Below are positions 49,201 to 60,825 of a stretch of 64,000 bases of DNA, one piece after another. The position numbers were made by a program, and so were the translations under genes. The stretch is from Podarcis cretensis. Its lineage: Eukaryota. Each line of letters opens with the position of its first letter. Positions within the stretch are counted from its first letter, which is position 1. Where the stretch lies: the NCBI GenBank assembly GCA_951804945.1, contig OX638161.1, forward strand, positions 39,742,001 through 39,806,000, given 5' to 3'. The notes beneath the pieces were generated by a model. It searched no databases. It worked only from the letters and a program-made list of their open reading frames with translations, and was not told the origin of the DNA.

Positions 49201-52200
49201 GCATGCTGAACTGCTCCTCGTGATAGCTGTCCTGGACTGGCTGTGCGCTCGTGGCTACCATGGAGAAAGGGAAATGCCAGTGCCTGTGCGGATTCAAGGA
49301 CTGTCCGGTTTTGTTCTACGCCCGGCCAGTTCTGTGCTGTACTGTGACATGGATCGGGCACACCTTGCTGAGCTGGATGGCGACCCACCTACTTTGGTGC
49401 ATGAATCTGTTTCCTCTGCCACTGCTACCTTCCATGGTGTGGAAATGCTCAGCACACGGTTTTCAGGCTTGGAAGTGTTGGAGGCTCAGGCGTGGGGTCC
49501 TTCGGAGCCAATCACCCTCCGGATCCGTAACATTCTTCGTGAATACAACCAGGATGCAGATGTGTTCCTGGAACTGCTGCAAAATGCTGAGGATGCTGGT
49601 GCCCAAACTTGCCGCTTCTTAGTCGATCTCCGTGAGCATAACGGTACCACTGAAGGGCTCCTGGACCCGGGCATGGCTGCCTGCCAGGGCCCCGCACTTT
49701 GGGCCCAGAATGATGCGTTCTTCACCGAGACAGATTTCTCCAACATCATCCGTCTAGGTGCAGCTACCAAGGAACGGCAGGATGACAAGATTGGTCGCTT
49801 TGGGCTGGGCTTCTGCACTGTCTACCACATCACTGATGTGCCCTCTCTTCTCAGTGGCCACACCATGCTCATCTTTGACCCAAACATCACCCACCTTCGG
49901 AAGCATATCCGTAATTCAGGCCAACCAGGCATGCGTCTCACATTGAACCGAAAAGTCACCGCTGGATTTCCAGAACAATTTCGACCGTTCAGAGGAATCT
50001 TTGGCTGTCAACCTGGAGATGATTACCAAGGCACGCTCCTCCGCCTGCCCTTCCGCACTGAGGAAGAGGCAGAGGACTCTCAGATCTGCTGTGATCCGTT
50101 TGGACCCAGTCGAATCAAATCCTTGCAAATTGGTTTCCGGGAGATGTACAAGTACCTGCTGATCTTCCTGAGAAAAGTGCAGGAGGTGTCACTGACCCAC
50201 CTTCCTCATGGTTCCAGTTCCCCAGAAACCACCCAGCCATTAGCCACAGTGAGCAGGAAAGCACTTGTCAGGATGGGTACGTCCACTATTGTGCAGTTGA
50301 CAGCAACATGGAAGTCGAGTGTGGTCACCAGCCATTACCTGCTGCACTCCTGCTCTGCTCAAGGAGAAGCCCTTCAGGTCTTCAAACAGGGAAAAGAAAA
50401 GGATGTCCATTTCTCGCCTCCTGTTGCTAGCGTTGCTTTGCCCCTCCGCCCCGCCACTGCTGCTGGAAAATGGGTTCCAGATGTAGATGGTTTTAAGGGC
50501 CGTGCCTTCTGCTTTCTACCTCTTCCTATTGAAACTGGACTCCCGTTGCATCTCACGGCAGTCTTTGCTGTGCAGAGTAATCGCAAAGGACTCTGGGAAG
50601 CTACTGAGAAGGGGAAATGGAACAAGGCGCTCTTACGGGATTCCGTGTTGGGTGCCTGGCTTGGAGCTCTGTCCCTGCTCCGGGACATGTACGAGGAAGG
50701 ATTGCTGGAGGACTATGAGTACCATGCTTTCTGGCCTGACGTGCGCAGTGCCAAGCACCCATTCAGTGAAACAGTCAAGGCCTTCTACCTAGCCTTAGTC
50801 AATGGTGTTGATGGGGAACAGCCAGTTCTCTTTTCTGATGGACAGCAATGGTGCCCAGCCCGGGATGCCTGTATCCTCAATTCTGACATTACCTGTCAGG
50901 AGCATCTGGAACCTATAGCTTTCAGGGTCTTCTCTTTACTTTTGCCAGAGCCAAAGATGGCGGTGTCAGTTCCAGACTGGGTGAAGATGAACTTCAGAAC
51001 TTGCATCCAGGGGGATGTCCTGTTGCCAAACACCTACAATTGGGCACGATTCCTCTCTGAGCTTGTTTTGCCCAATCTTGCTCAGCTGGCAGTGCCTGAT
51101 CGCGATGTCCTCATTCTTCATGCTCTGGATATGAATGATGCTGGCGTGAATAAGATCCTGACATCCTGGCCTTGCATTCCAACTGTCCCCAATAGTTTGC
51201 TGAGAAACATTAAAGAACTTGTACACCCAAGGGGCTGCGCTGCACCTCTCTACGCTCCTGAAGATGGCCGTTTCCCCACGGGCACAGGGTTTCTGGAACC
51301 AGAGAGGCTGTTGCGCTTGGAGCATCTTGGCATGGCCAAAGATTGTGTAGAAATGGAGGAACTGATAGCCCGAGCCAGAACTGTGGCAGCCTTGTGGAGT
51401 CATGACCCAGTCAAGGCCTGCCAGCGTGCTCGCTGCATCCTAGAGCTCCTTGAGGACCACCTGCAGGAAAGCTACAGCAACACTACCCAGGTTACTTTCA
51501 GAGACATTCCCTTCTTGCCAGCAGTACTACCTGCTAACCAACGCAAACTCTGCTGCCCCAAAGAGGTTTACTACCATAAGCTGCACCCCCTGGTAGGCTT
51601 GACTGAGCCTGTCCTGGACAAGACAGCCCTGGGTAAAGGCTTGAAGCTCTCCATGGAGCTAAAGGAATTCCTAGGACTGAATCGCCAGCCACCAATATCT
51701 ACAGTGCTGACGCAACTGGAGGAAGCATCACGTAGTTCCAATGCCCTGTCCAGAATGGAGCTGGGAAACATAGCACAAATCTGCTATGCGTTCCTGAATG
51801 AAATAGTGCAGATGAACCCTCTGTCCAAGGTGGAGGTGTCCCAAAGGGCAAGCACATTCCCCTTTGTTTTCATGGACACTGGCTTTGTGTCAGTGTGCAG
51901 TGTGGCCCATTGCCTGTTCTTTGATGCTGCTCCATACCTCTTCCAGCTGCCTCAGGAGTACCAGAAGCAAAAGATGCTGTGGGAGTGTGTTGGGTTGCCT
52001 GCGACTTTCAAAGTGAAGGACTATGCCACTGTGTTGCAGACTTTGGCCAAGGAGGGAGCTGGACAGTCTCTTTCCAAAGGGCATCTGGACCTAGTTGTCA
52101 GGTTGATCACTGTAGGGCTGGCCGAGGCCCTGCCAGAGGGTCAACAGTTGAGTCCTTATGAAGCCCAGAGTGTATTTTTCCCAGACAAACACAAAGTCCT

Positions 52201-55200
52201 TCGACCATTGGCCAAGCTCCTCTTTGATGACACGCCATGGCTTCTGCATGAGAAAGGGACCCTGCTCTGTCATGCCATGATTCCGCGGGAAATTGCTATG
52301 CGCTGTGGCATTCAGACCACAAAAGGTCGTGTCTTGTCACGCCAGCGGATTCAGGGTCTCTCTTCCTGGGCCACAGATTTTGGAGCCAAGGAAGAAATCT
52401 GTACCCGGCTGGCCAACATCCTCCGTGAGTACTCCTCTTCACAGGATGTGCTAAAGGAGCTTCTGCAGAACGCAGACGATGCTGGAGCAAATCTTGTCCA
52501 CTTTGTCTGGGATCGGCGACGGCACCCGACTGATCGCGTCTTCAGCAAGGAGTGGAATGAACTTCAAGGCCCGGCACTTTGCATCTACAATGACCGCAAC
52601 TTCCAGAGGTGTGACATAGAAGGGATCCAGCGCTTGGGCTCTGGTGGCAAAGGTGGGAGGAGAGATGCTACCGGCAAATATGGACTAGGTTTCAATACAG
52701 TTTATCACTTGACTGACTGCCCTGCCTTTGTGACGGGGGACACTGCTCTGTGTGTCTTTGACCCCATGTTGCACTACCTCCCTGATTCTGATGAGATCTC
52801 ACCTGGTGGAATGTACAACCTTGCTAAAGAAGTCAAAGACACCATCCGTGATGTTTATAATACCTTTTTACCTGATGTGTTTAACTTGGAACAAGGAACA
52901 GTTTTCCGGTTACCCTTACGTACTCCTGATGGTGCAGCCTCATCCCGTATCTGCCAGAGCTCTGTGTCCGAGGAAGACATGAAGAAAATTGTGGTGGCTC
53001 TCATTGAAGAAGCCGACAGCCTTGTGATGTTCCTCAACCATGTTCGCTGCGTGGTCTTCTCTATAATAAGTGAGAGGGGAGGGACACCGAAGGAGGTGCT
53101 GCGGGTAGAGGCTGAAGGTGGTGAGCCTGAAAGACTGGAATACCAGAAGCGTCTCCAACAGGCTGCTGCAGCAGGTGGAATGGATGATGGCGAGCCAATG
53201 AGAGTCTTCTACAGAATGAAGGTGAAGAGTAGTATCTCCAATGTTTCCAGCAACTGGCTGGTAGGTAGGCAGATTGGGCTTGAGAGGGACAATACCGTGC
53301 AAAACATGGACTTGGCGTGTGGGGGTGTGGCAGCTTGTTTTGACGGACGGCCACCTGGTAGGGCCTTCTGCACACTGCCGCTTCTGGAAGAAACAGGCCT
53401 TCCCATCCACATCAATGGGAACTTTGCTGTGGACTCTGCTCGCCGTGGCTTGCGGAAGGATGATGGTGAAGGTGGTGCCAATATGTCCTGGAATAACTCG
53501 CTGCTGCAGTGTCTCATTGCCCCATTGTACTGCCACTTGCTTTATGAGCTGCGCCGGGCTCTGAATGATAGACCACTGCAGTTTCACTCCCTGACTGCAT
53601 GTGAGAAGAGGCTGGAATCAAACTATTTGCAGTATTTCCCATTTGTGACAAGGAATGTCCCCCCAGCATGGCAACAGCTGGTGACCCGTGTGTATGAACT
53701 GGCATACATGGAGCAACTTCCCTTGGTACCTGTGTACCAGAAGAAAATTAATTTCAAGCATAGATTTAAGATGGAAGAAGTGAGTGTGCACTGGAGTGCA
53801 CCCAGACTGGGCCACCCAACCAGTGATCCCTATTTCCTGCAGTCTGAGATAAGTGAGGTTCTTGAGCTTACTCTTCAGAGTCTGGGCATGAATTTTGTCC
53901 CTGCCTTCCAACATTTGCAATTGGTACGCGACCATTTTGTCAAGGCAGGAGTTGATATCCTAACCCTCGATTCTCCTTCCCTCTGCTGCTTCCTCAAGAA
54001 CCTGCCCAACTTTCTCCTGCCCTGCCCACTTCATCTGACACCTGTGAAGAATAGCTGTTACTGTTCTGCTCTCCTCGAGTTCTGCCTCAGTAAGCTTCTT
54101 CCTGATGACAAAAGCTGCCTGGAAGGTCTCCCTTTGCTGGTGACCCAAGATAACATGCTGAGGTGCTTCACTCAGCAGTGTCCTCCATACCATAGCAGTG
54201 TGCACCATCTTTTCCCACATCATCAGGACTCTTTCTTTGGCTGCCAAATTGATGGAAAGGCCAGGCAGCTGTTAGTAAAGATGGGGTTCCTAAAGGATTT
54301 TACACTCTCTGATTCTGTGGCCTTCATCAAGGAGATGCTGTCTTTGGACATCAGGGTCAGTACTGATAAAGGCCGGGAATGGCTCCGTGAATTGTGGGCT
54401 TTCTTTGAGAACCAGATCTGCATGACTGTGAATTCAGACACGATGAAAAATATGTTTGCAGAGCTAGTTTTCCTCTTCAAAGGTTGTGCCATGCTCCCTG
54501 TGTGTTGTGGCTGCACTAAGTTCTTGGTTCCCCTTGAGTCCCTCAACACGATAATGCCTGGTCAAGCAGGTACTGTTACTGAAGTTCTCCGCAAACTGGG
54601 CTTTTCCAAGTTGGACTCCTCTCTTTTGCCTCCAAAGCTCGCTGCACATTGCATTCTGCCATGTGTGTTGCAGATCGAGAATCCTACAGTAGTGCTCAAA
54701 CAACTGGCAGCTCATCATGGCCTGTGTTGGGATGCACTTGAAGGGTGGGAGTTTGAAGCGCTGTTGCGGTTCCTAAGCAGCCAACTGAAGACGCTGAAGA
54801 ATGACTGTGGATTGGTAAGCAAGTTGAAATCCTTGCCTGTGTTTAAAACACACCAAGGGAAGCACGTTTCGTTGGCTTCGTACGGGAATATCTACATCTT
54901 GGAGTCCAAGATTCCAAAGGAAACCAAGAAATTCCAGGAGCTTTATGAGGTAGATGAGAAGACTGTCCTGCTGAGTGATAGCTCGCTGAACCGACATCTC
55001 AGTAAGAGCTTGAATATTGGTGTAATGAACGATTTGCAGCAGTTTGTACAGCAGCTTTTGCCTCGGCTGTCCCATCTCCCCGAAGCTCGTGTACTGGAGG
55101 CTGTGAGATTACTCCTCCTTATCAAGAGGCATTATCCTGAGGAATATCAGGCCGAGAAAAAGACAGTGGTGACAACATTCCAGTCTTTTGCCTTCATCCG

Positions 55201-58200
55201 GGACAAGCAAGGTGTGATGCGTCCTGTGTCCTACTTTTATGAGGAGAAAATGTGTTTCAAGGAGTTGAGAATGGATTCTCTGTTCGTGCCACGCAAATTC
55301 TATGATGCAGTGTGGCCAGAGAATATATGGGAGTTGAAAGAGTTCTTACTTGATGTGGGCTTGCGGCAAGAGATCTCTGAGGAATACTTTCTAGTGTTGG
55401 CTACCCAAATTGCAAAAGAAGCATTGAGGGCTGGAGAACTGAATGATCTTGATAAAAGGAGGAGAGCACTCTGGAGCTACTTGCTTTCCAGTGAAACCTT
55501 CTCAGAGGCCTTCCTGGAAACAGTGTCCAAGATCCGTTTCCTATTGCCAAAGAAGATCTCTGAAGATCTGTGTTGCCTTCACTCGCCATACGTGCCGTGT
55601 AATACTCCTGTGGCACCCCAAGGTTCCTTGTTAACTGTGAAAGCAGACCTGGTGTGGACTTCAGCGGTCATTCTGCCTTCTGTTGAATATGTTGGGGAAA
55701 ATAAAGAAAATAAAGAAACCATCCTAAAACAACTGGGAGTGCTGCGCACCTTGCCAGCCCATTTAGTCTTGGAGAATCTAAGAAACGTATGCCAAGCACC
55801 ATGTGACACTCCAAAAGCTAAGAAAACTCGAGAGGATGTCCTAAAGTCAGCTTATGGCTACTTGTTGCAACAGGAAACGTTAGAGACTGGCTGCTTAAAG
55901 GGATTCCCTGTGGTACTAGTGGATGGCGGTGAGGTAGCAGAGGCCCAAAATGTGGTGGTCTCATTAAAATACCCACAGGACTTCCGGCCATATCTTTACA
56001 AGCTACCACCAAAGCTAGCTATCTATATGGATATCCTGGAGAAAGTGGGAGTGGAAGATGAGGCAAGCATCCATCACTATGCCAGTGTTCTGGCCAGAAT
56101 TCATGCAGAGACTGTAAGGCAGGCTAAACTGCACGCCAACCTCACCAAAACAGTGCTCAGGGCCACTCAGTTCCTCTTCCAGCTCTTAGATGAAGCAAAG
56201 GATCAAATGGATTTCTCAGAGCTGAAAGAACTGCATCTGCCTTGTGCTGATGGGAAGCTATATCCATCAAACAGCCTCATCTTTAGTTTTTACAAGCCTG
56301 GCCAGGAACCCCAGGGCTTGCAGTGCAAATTTCGCTTTCTGATAGATCTCTCAATATGTAATCTACCTTACGACAAGTATAAGCAGCAGAGGCTTCTGCA
56401 TCGGCTGCCTGAAGCCTTGCGCCCCAAGAACTTGTCAGATATCACTGAAGAGCAGCTGGAAGAGTCCTCTCTGAAACTCTGTACCTATGGGGAACACTGT
56501 GAGTTCCAAAACTGGCTACAAGAACTACTCATGTCTTGCGAGTTCCAGCATGCTCTGGTTGCACTGCTTAAATGGCAGGGTGGGACAAAAGTAGAGGAAG
56601 TGGAATGCATGTTTGAAGGACGCTTCTCACCGGAGCGGCTAGAAGTGGTTTGTTGTGAAAAAGTGTGCACAACCATGGTGCACAATTTGCAGAGTGTGGA
56701 AGGAACCCAGTGTGCCAGGACAGTGTATGTTGCAACAATGCCAGATGGTAAACTGCAGATTTACCTTGCACACCAGGAGAGCAAAGATGCACATTGGGGT
56801 GTGGAGTTCTCTGGCAATTTAGCCACAGAACTGAATAGGCTTTTAGGACAAAGACAAAGATTTAAACTGTATGCCCTGATGGTCCTTGAGCAGATTTTGG
56901 TTTGCCAAAGGCCTAAGGAAATTGCTGAGGTGCTAGAGAAAAACAAAGTCCCCTTGCAGCTGCCAGCAAATCTAAATGCCTATATCCTGCCTCCTCCTGG
57001 AGAGGACATCCCTGAGGAATGGTATGACAGCCTGGACATGAGCATCCTCCACACCTTTCTGCCAGAAGATTACGTGGGTTACCTGGATTCTTCCAAGCCC
57101 AGAGAGCATTACCTCTACGCTGTGGTCCTTGAAGCCCTTGGGCCACGGCAGAGCGGTACTGGCCAAGTACACACATACCTTGTTGACTTGGGAGGAGGGC
57201 GGCATGCAGAAGTCAGTGCCTATGACCTTTACCATTTCCGGAGGAATAACTCTGCATCTGATCTGAGTAAAGCTGTGGTCTTGGCAGAAGGCTCCCCTGG
57301 TGCTAGCAGTACTGCAAGACCACTTACAAGTGGCAATTGGTACGAGAGACCACTGAGTAAGATAAAGAAAGAAGTGGATGCCTGCTTGGCTGAAATTTGG
57401 AGCTTGTCAGAGGATGAGAGGAGGAAGGCTTTAAGAAGACTCTATCTGTGCTACCACCCAGATAAAAACATAGGTCAAGAGGATTCTGCCAATGAAATTT
57501 TCAAATACCTTAAAGACAAGATCAAGGAGATGGAGAACAATAGAACGCCCAGTGGCTCCAGAGGGGGACCCAAAAGTAGAGGTTCCTACAAGAGGAGCTC
57601 TGAATTTTGGGGTGAATGGGACCAGCAAGCTCATCAGCATCAAGAGAGGCGTACAGAATTCACCAGGCAAAGATGGGGTGGGGGTGGAGGAGGATGGGAT
57701 GGGGGTGGAGGAGGAGGAGAAGGAGGCCGCTGCAACTACAACTTCTGGTCCTTCCATCAGAGAGGGCCAAAGTATTCAAAGGATCAATCAAAACTTCGCT
57801 GCTTGGAGGAGGCCAGGCGCTGGCTAAGGCAAGCCAAGTGTGATCTGAAGGCGGCAGCCAGTAATGCTGGTCAGGGTAGCACTGAATGGCTTCTTTACAA
57901 GACTTACCGGGCAGTGGAGAAAGCCCTGACAGCAGTTGAATACTACCAGGGAGGTCGCTTTGACAGGAATCTGACTCTTCCAATGCTGGCTAGTAAGGTA
58001 GCTTCTTATGGACAGGAGTTGGAAAAGCTGCCTGATCAGATTGAGGAACTCCGGCAGCATGGCGTGGATGACAAGAGAACGCAGTATCCCAGCTACCACA
58101 ATTCACCCACCATTCCCAATGAGGCTTTCCTTAAATGCAAGGAGAAGGAGGTGCTGCTTTTAGCAGGAGATATCCTAAGCGTGGTGAAGAAGTGGATTGG

Positions 58201-58210
58201 CCTAGAATGA
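39446..58210 (+). CDS. Sacsin-like protein (SACS paralogue), about 4,234 aa; join(39446..39465,41756..41843,42386..42497,43831..43977,44392..45826,46320..46408,47397..58210)
   Basis: Seven GT-AG-bounded exons join in frame (12,705 nt including the stop). The product has three sacsin repeats with GHKL motifs ([11 protein letters not shown] / [11 protein letters not shown] / [11 protein letters not shown]; GRFGLGF or GKYGLGF; GTxFRxPLR), a J domain ([10 protein letters not shown]) and a sacsin-type HEPN (EARRWLRQA...IPNEAF). Confidence 0.9.
39545..39760 (-). mobile_element. CR1 LINE 3' end
   Basis: ATCATAGAACTGTAGAGTTGAAAGGGACC...CATCTAGTCCAACCCCC, an antisense CR1 tail plus ORF2 end. Confidence 0.7.
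40009..40234. mobile_element. Tc1/mariner (Tigger-like) MITE followed by (TAA)n microsatellite (about 40237-40273)
   Basis: TA|CAGTGGTACCTCAGGTTA ... TAACCTGAGGTACCACTG|TA, with 18-bp perfect TIRs. Confidence 0.88.
41016..41510. mobile_element. GC-rich hAT non-autonomous element
   Basis: Termini CAGAGGTGGAG / TTCGCCCCTG with a near-identical 8-bp TSD GGCTCTCA / GACTCTCA. Confidence 0.65.
41756..41843 (+). CDS. Sacsin-like coding exon 2 ([29 protein letters not shown])
   Basis: TTTCTTTCAG| ... |GTAAGT; homologous to the start of sacsin repeat 1. Confidence 0.9.
42386..42497 (+). CDS. Sacsin-like coding exon 3 ([11 protein letters not shown]..., GHKL motif I)
   Basis: TTCCTGAAG| ... G|GTATGG; 112 nt, in frame. 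Confidence 0.92.
42911..43277 (+). mobile_element. Full-length Sauria SINE
   Basis: Head GGGACGCGGGTGGCGCTGTGGG, (ACCTTT)n tail, and exact 15-bp TSD TATATGCTCTCACAG (42896-42910 and 43278-43292). Confidence 0.93.
43831..43977 (+). CDS. Sacsin-like coding exon 4 (GPALLAYNN...[14 protein letters not shown])
   Basis: TCTTTTTCAG| ... G|GTGAGA; 147 nt; contains the GHKL glycine-rich motif. Confidence 0.92.
44392..45826 (+). CDS. Sacsin-like coding exon 5 (1,435 nt)
   Basis: CTCTGTTTAG| ... AG|GTGAGC. Corresponds to ORF 44421-45830 with GTLFRFPLR and [18 protein letters not shown]. Confidence 0.92.
46320..46408 (+). CDS. Sacsin-like coding exon 6 ([30 protein letters not shown])
   Basis: TTTTGCAG| ... 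G|GTGAGA. This exon is needed to reconcile phase 2 and phase 1 between the flanking exons. Confidence 0.88.
46996..47132. mobile_element. hAT-type palindromic MITE (ACTACAACT...GGGAGTTGTAGT)
   Basis: CAGGGGCAGGC ... CATCTGCCTG termini with an internal palindrome. Related copies at about 43425-43530 and 46470-46610. Confidence 0.6.
47397..58210 (+). CDS. Sacsin-like giant terminal coding exon (10.8 kb: repeats 2 and 3, J domain, HEPN)
   Basis: Long pyrimidine tract acceptor CTCTCTCCTTCAG| and an uninterrupted frame to TGA at 58208-58210. [11 protein letters not shown] at 49571, [11 protein letters not shown] at 52457, HPD at 57455-57463, HEPN from about 57806. Confidence 0.95.
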
Positions 58211-58446
58211 GAGTGGTGAGGATTTTTTTGTTTAAAGTCTTGATTGACAATATATAAACATGGGCATTCTTGTAGCTGAAACATTTGGGATCAAATATTA
58301 TAAAATGGGAGCGGGGCCTGTTTGGAAAATTGATGTCTCTTCAAACAATTCCTAACTCACTAACACTGTACCATGTGAGAAAACAGGACTAGATAACCAT
58401 TCTTGAACAGTGACACTTTGTTACCTGTCTTCTGATATACAGAAAA

Positions 58447-58473
58447 AATAAAGTTGCTTTGTTAAGAAATAAA
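58447..58473 (+). terminator. Tandem AATAAA poly(A) signals of the sacsin-like gene
   Basis: AATAAA at 58447-58452 and 58468-58473, about 240 nt after the stop, followed by GT-rich sequence. Confidence 0.7.
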
Positions 58474-58601
58474 GAAGCTAAGTTATATGTTTACGTTGTA
58501 CAAGCTGTGGCAGAGATGGAGAATCAATGACACACACCCCCCCCCCCCCAGTAGGAAGCTGCTGTATACAGAGTCAGACCGTTGGTCAGTGCAGCTCAGT
58601 A

Positions 58602-58760
58602 CAGTCATACCTTGGATCCCAAACACCTTGCAAGTCTAACGTTTCAGCTCCTGAACGCCGCAAACCCAGTAGTGAGTGTTCCGGTTTGCAAACATTATTT
58701 GGAACCCGAACGTCTGATGCGACTTCCGCAGCTTCCAATTAGCTGCAGGAGCCAAGGTTC
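58602..58760. mobile_element. Truncated Tc1/mariner MITE
   Basis: TA|CAGTCATACCTTGG start; interior similar to 61140-61378. Confidence 0.6.
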
Positions 58761-58985
58761 TGCAGGGGTCAGAAACTGCATTTGTAAAATGCAGTACCTT
58801 TTCAGGGCTCAATTTAAATATCAATATGGAATCATCACTTAACACAACCACTATTTACTTTTATTAATGAATTCCTACCCCACTTTGTAAAAACAAAACC
58901 CTAAGTACACAAGGCTACACTACTCAAAACCAACATAGTACAAAATACAATGAAAATTCAACCTTAAAAGGTAAAAATAACAATA

Positions 58986-59210
58986 CAGTCAAACCTCGTT
59001 CTGCGTCTGCCTCCACTTGCGTCCGCTTTGGTGAACGTCCGCGGCAAGCCTGGAAGTACCGGAACAGGTTACTTCCGGGTTTGCGGCTCGCGCAGAAGCT
59101 CTAAATCGCACCGTGCATGTGCAGATGCGGCACTTTGATGTGTGTGCATCATTTTCAGGTTGCGGCGGGGCCTCCGGAACAGATCCCTGCCATAACCCAA
59201 GGTTCCACTG
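58986..59210. mobile_element. Tc1/mariner (Tigger-like) MITE
   Basis: TA|CAGTCAAACCTCG ... AAGGTTCCACTG|TA. Confidence 0.7.
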
Positions 59211-59388
59211 TACAACCAACAGCAGTTAACAAATAAAGTTTTCAGGCAGATCACACAATAAAATGCTGAGTAGGAGTACATTAAGGAATGCTTAAAGGGG
59301 AGGATGTCACCTGGGAGAAACAGGTTTTTTTAATGCTACTGAGCAGCAGTATAGAATCAAAGGGCATTAGCTATCCTTGCTCAATTAA

Positions 59389-59752
59389 AAAGGTAAAGGT
59401 AAAGGTACCCCTGCCCGTACGGGCCAGTCTTGCCAGACTCTGGGGTTGTGCGCCCATCTCACTTAAGAGGCCAGGGGCCAGCGCTGTCCGGAGACACTTC
59501 CGGGTCACGTGGCCAGCGTGACATCGCTGCTCTGGCGAGCCAGAGCCGCACACGGAAACGCCGTTTACCTTCCCGCTGGTAAGCGGTCCCTATTTATCTA
59601 CTTGCACCCGGAGGTGCTTTCGAACTGCTAGGTTGGCAGGCGCTGGGACCGAGCAGCGGGAGCGCACCCTGCCGCAGGGATTCGAACCGCCGACCTTTCG
59701 ATCGGCAAGTCCTAGGCGCTGAGGCTTTAACCCACAGCGCCACCTGCGTCCC
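59389..59752 (-). mobile_element. Full-length Sauria SINE
   Basis: Same subfamily as 42911-43277, with exact 13-bp TSD CTTGCTCAATTAA (59376-59388 and 59753-59765). Confidence 0.93.
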
Positions 59753-60730
59753 CTTGCTCAATTAACCTGGAGTAAATACATGTTGTTTTGTGTAGCAAAA
59801 GTGCCAATTGCCTCTGGTTTTGAGAATGTAGTTAGAGAACAAAATGATGAGAGTTCACCTTCAAAGGACATTCAGTCTCTGATTACTCCTGGATTCAGTC
59901 ACAAAACACTTGTTTCTCCAGATGAAATGATTGTTGGTGGTAAGGAAATATAGGTATATAAAAAGGAGAATTCCTGGATGCCATGATCAAGAGGTTTGAA
60001 ATCACAAAACATGCAGCAAAGTAAAATGTGGAAATAGGTTGTTAAACCTTTAAAATATGCCCTTAATTTAAAGTGAGTTCCAAAAATGTCTCCTCAAGAT
60101 GTTTTTTCCCCAAAGTTGCACTCTTTTCCTAGCGTAGAAAAAGACCACATGTTTGATAAGTTTAAAAAAATGGTTTACTTACAAACTCTCCAAAGGTCAG
60201 ATTAATGTACTTTTCCATACAGCATTTAGAAAAAGTTGCACAGTCAGTAAAACTTGACTCACTTACAATGGTGAAAATCCTAAATTATTAGTATAGGAAC
60301 TCAAGAGTAGCTTGTAAGAGCCATAGGGTCTGAGCTACAGCAACCAACTCAGACCTCACATGCTGAGTTCATCAGGTAGACTGGAGGTTGAACCATATGA
60401 TTGATCACCCAGTCCCTCCCAAGGTTAAGGACAGCTTGCTTTATGATCTCAATCCTTTTGTGTATTAATTAGACTTGGTTGTATGAGGCTGGTTATCTCA
60501 CAAAGACTATGTACAGATCTAACAGCCATCATTCATTTCTTTGTGATGTGGCTACAAATCACATGTTGGCTTGACCATGAAGACTGTTGAACTAAAAGGA
60601 GGAAGTTACCAGAAAAAATGCACCAATTTCCAAATTCTGCAAAAGGCCTCCAGCCACAATTCAAGATGCTAAATAGCTTTGGTCCAATACAGTTTAGAGA
60701 ACACCTAAGGATTTAGGAAACTTTTATGCT

Positions 60731-60825
60731 GAGACAAAATAAAAAAATTCCTTCCAGTAGCACCTTATAGACCAACTAAGTTAGTTCTAGGTATGAGCTT
60801 TCGTGTGCATGCACACTTCTTCAGA
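60731..60825. mobile_element. Penelope-like element terminal fragment
   Basis: Near-identical to part of 29621-29767. Confidence 0.55.

Noticed and set aside
39446-58210. Assigning the symbol SACS
   Set aside because: Lack of UBL, high divergence and non-canonical neighbours indicate a paralogue; orthology needs a phylogeny.
59840-59885. ATGATGA ... CTGA resembling C/D-box snoRNA boxes
   Set aside because: Only about 40 nt between the boxes, with no convincing terminal stem or guide sequence.
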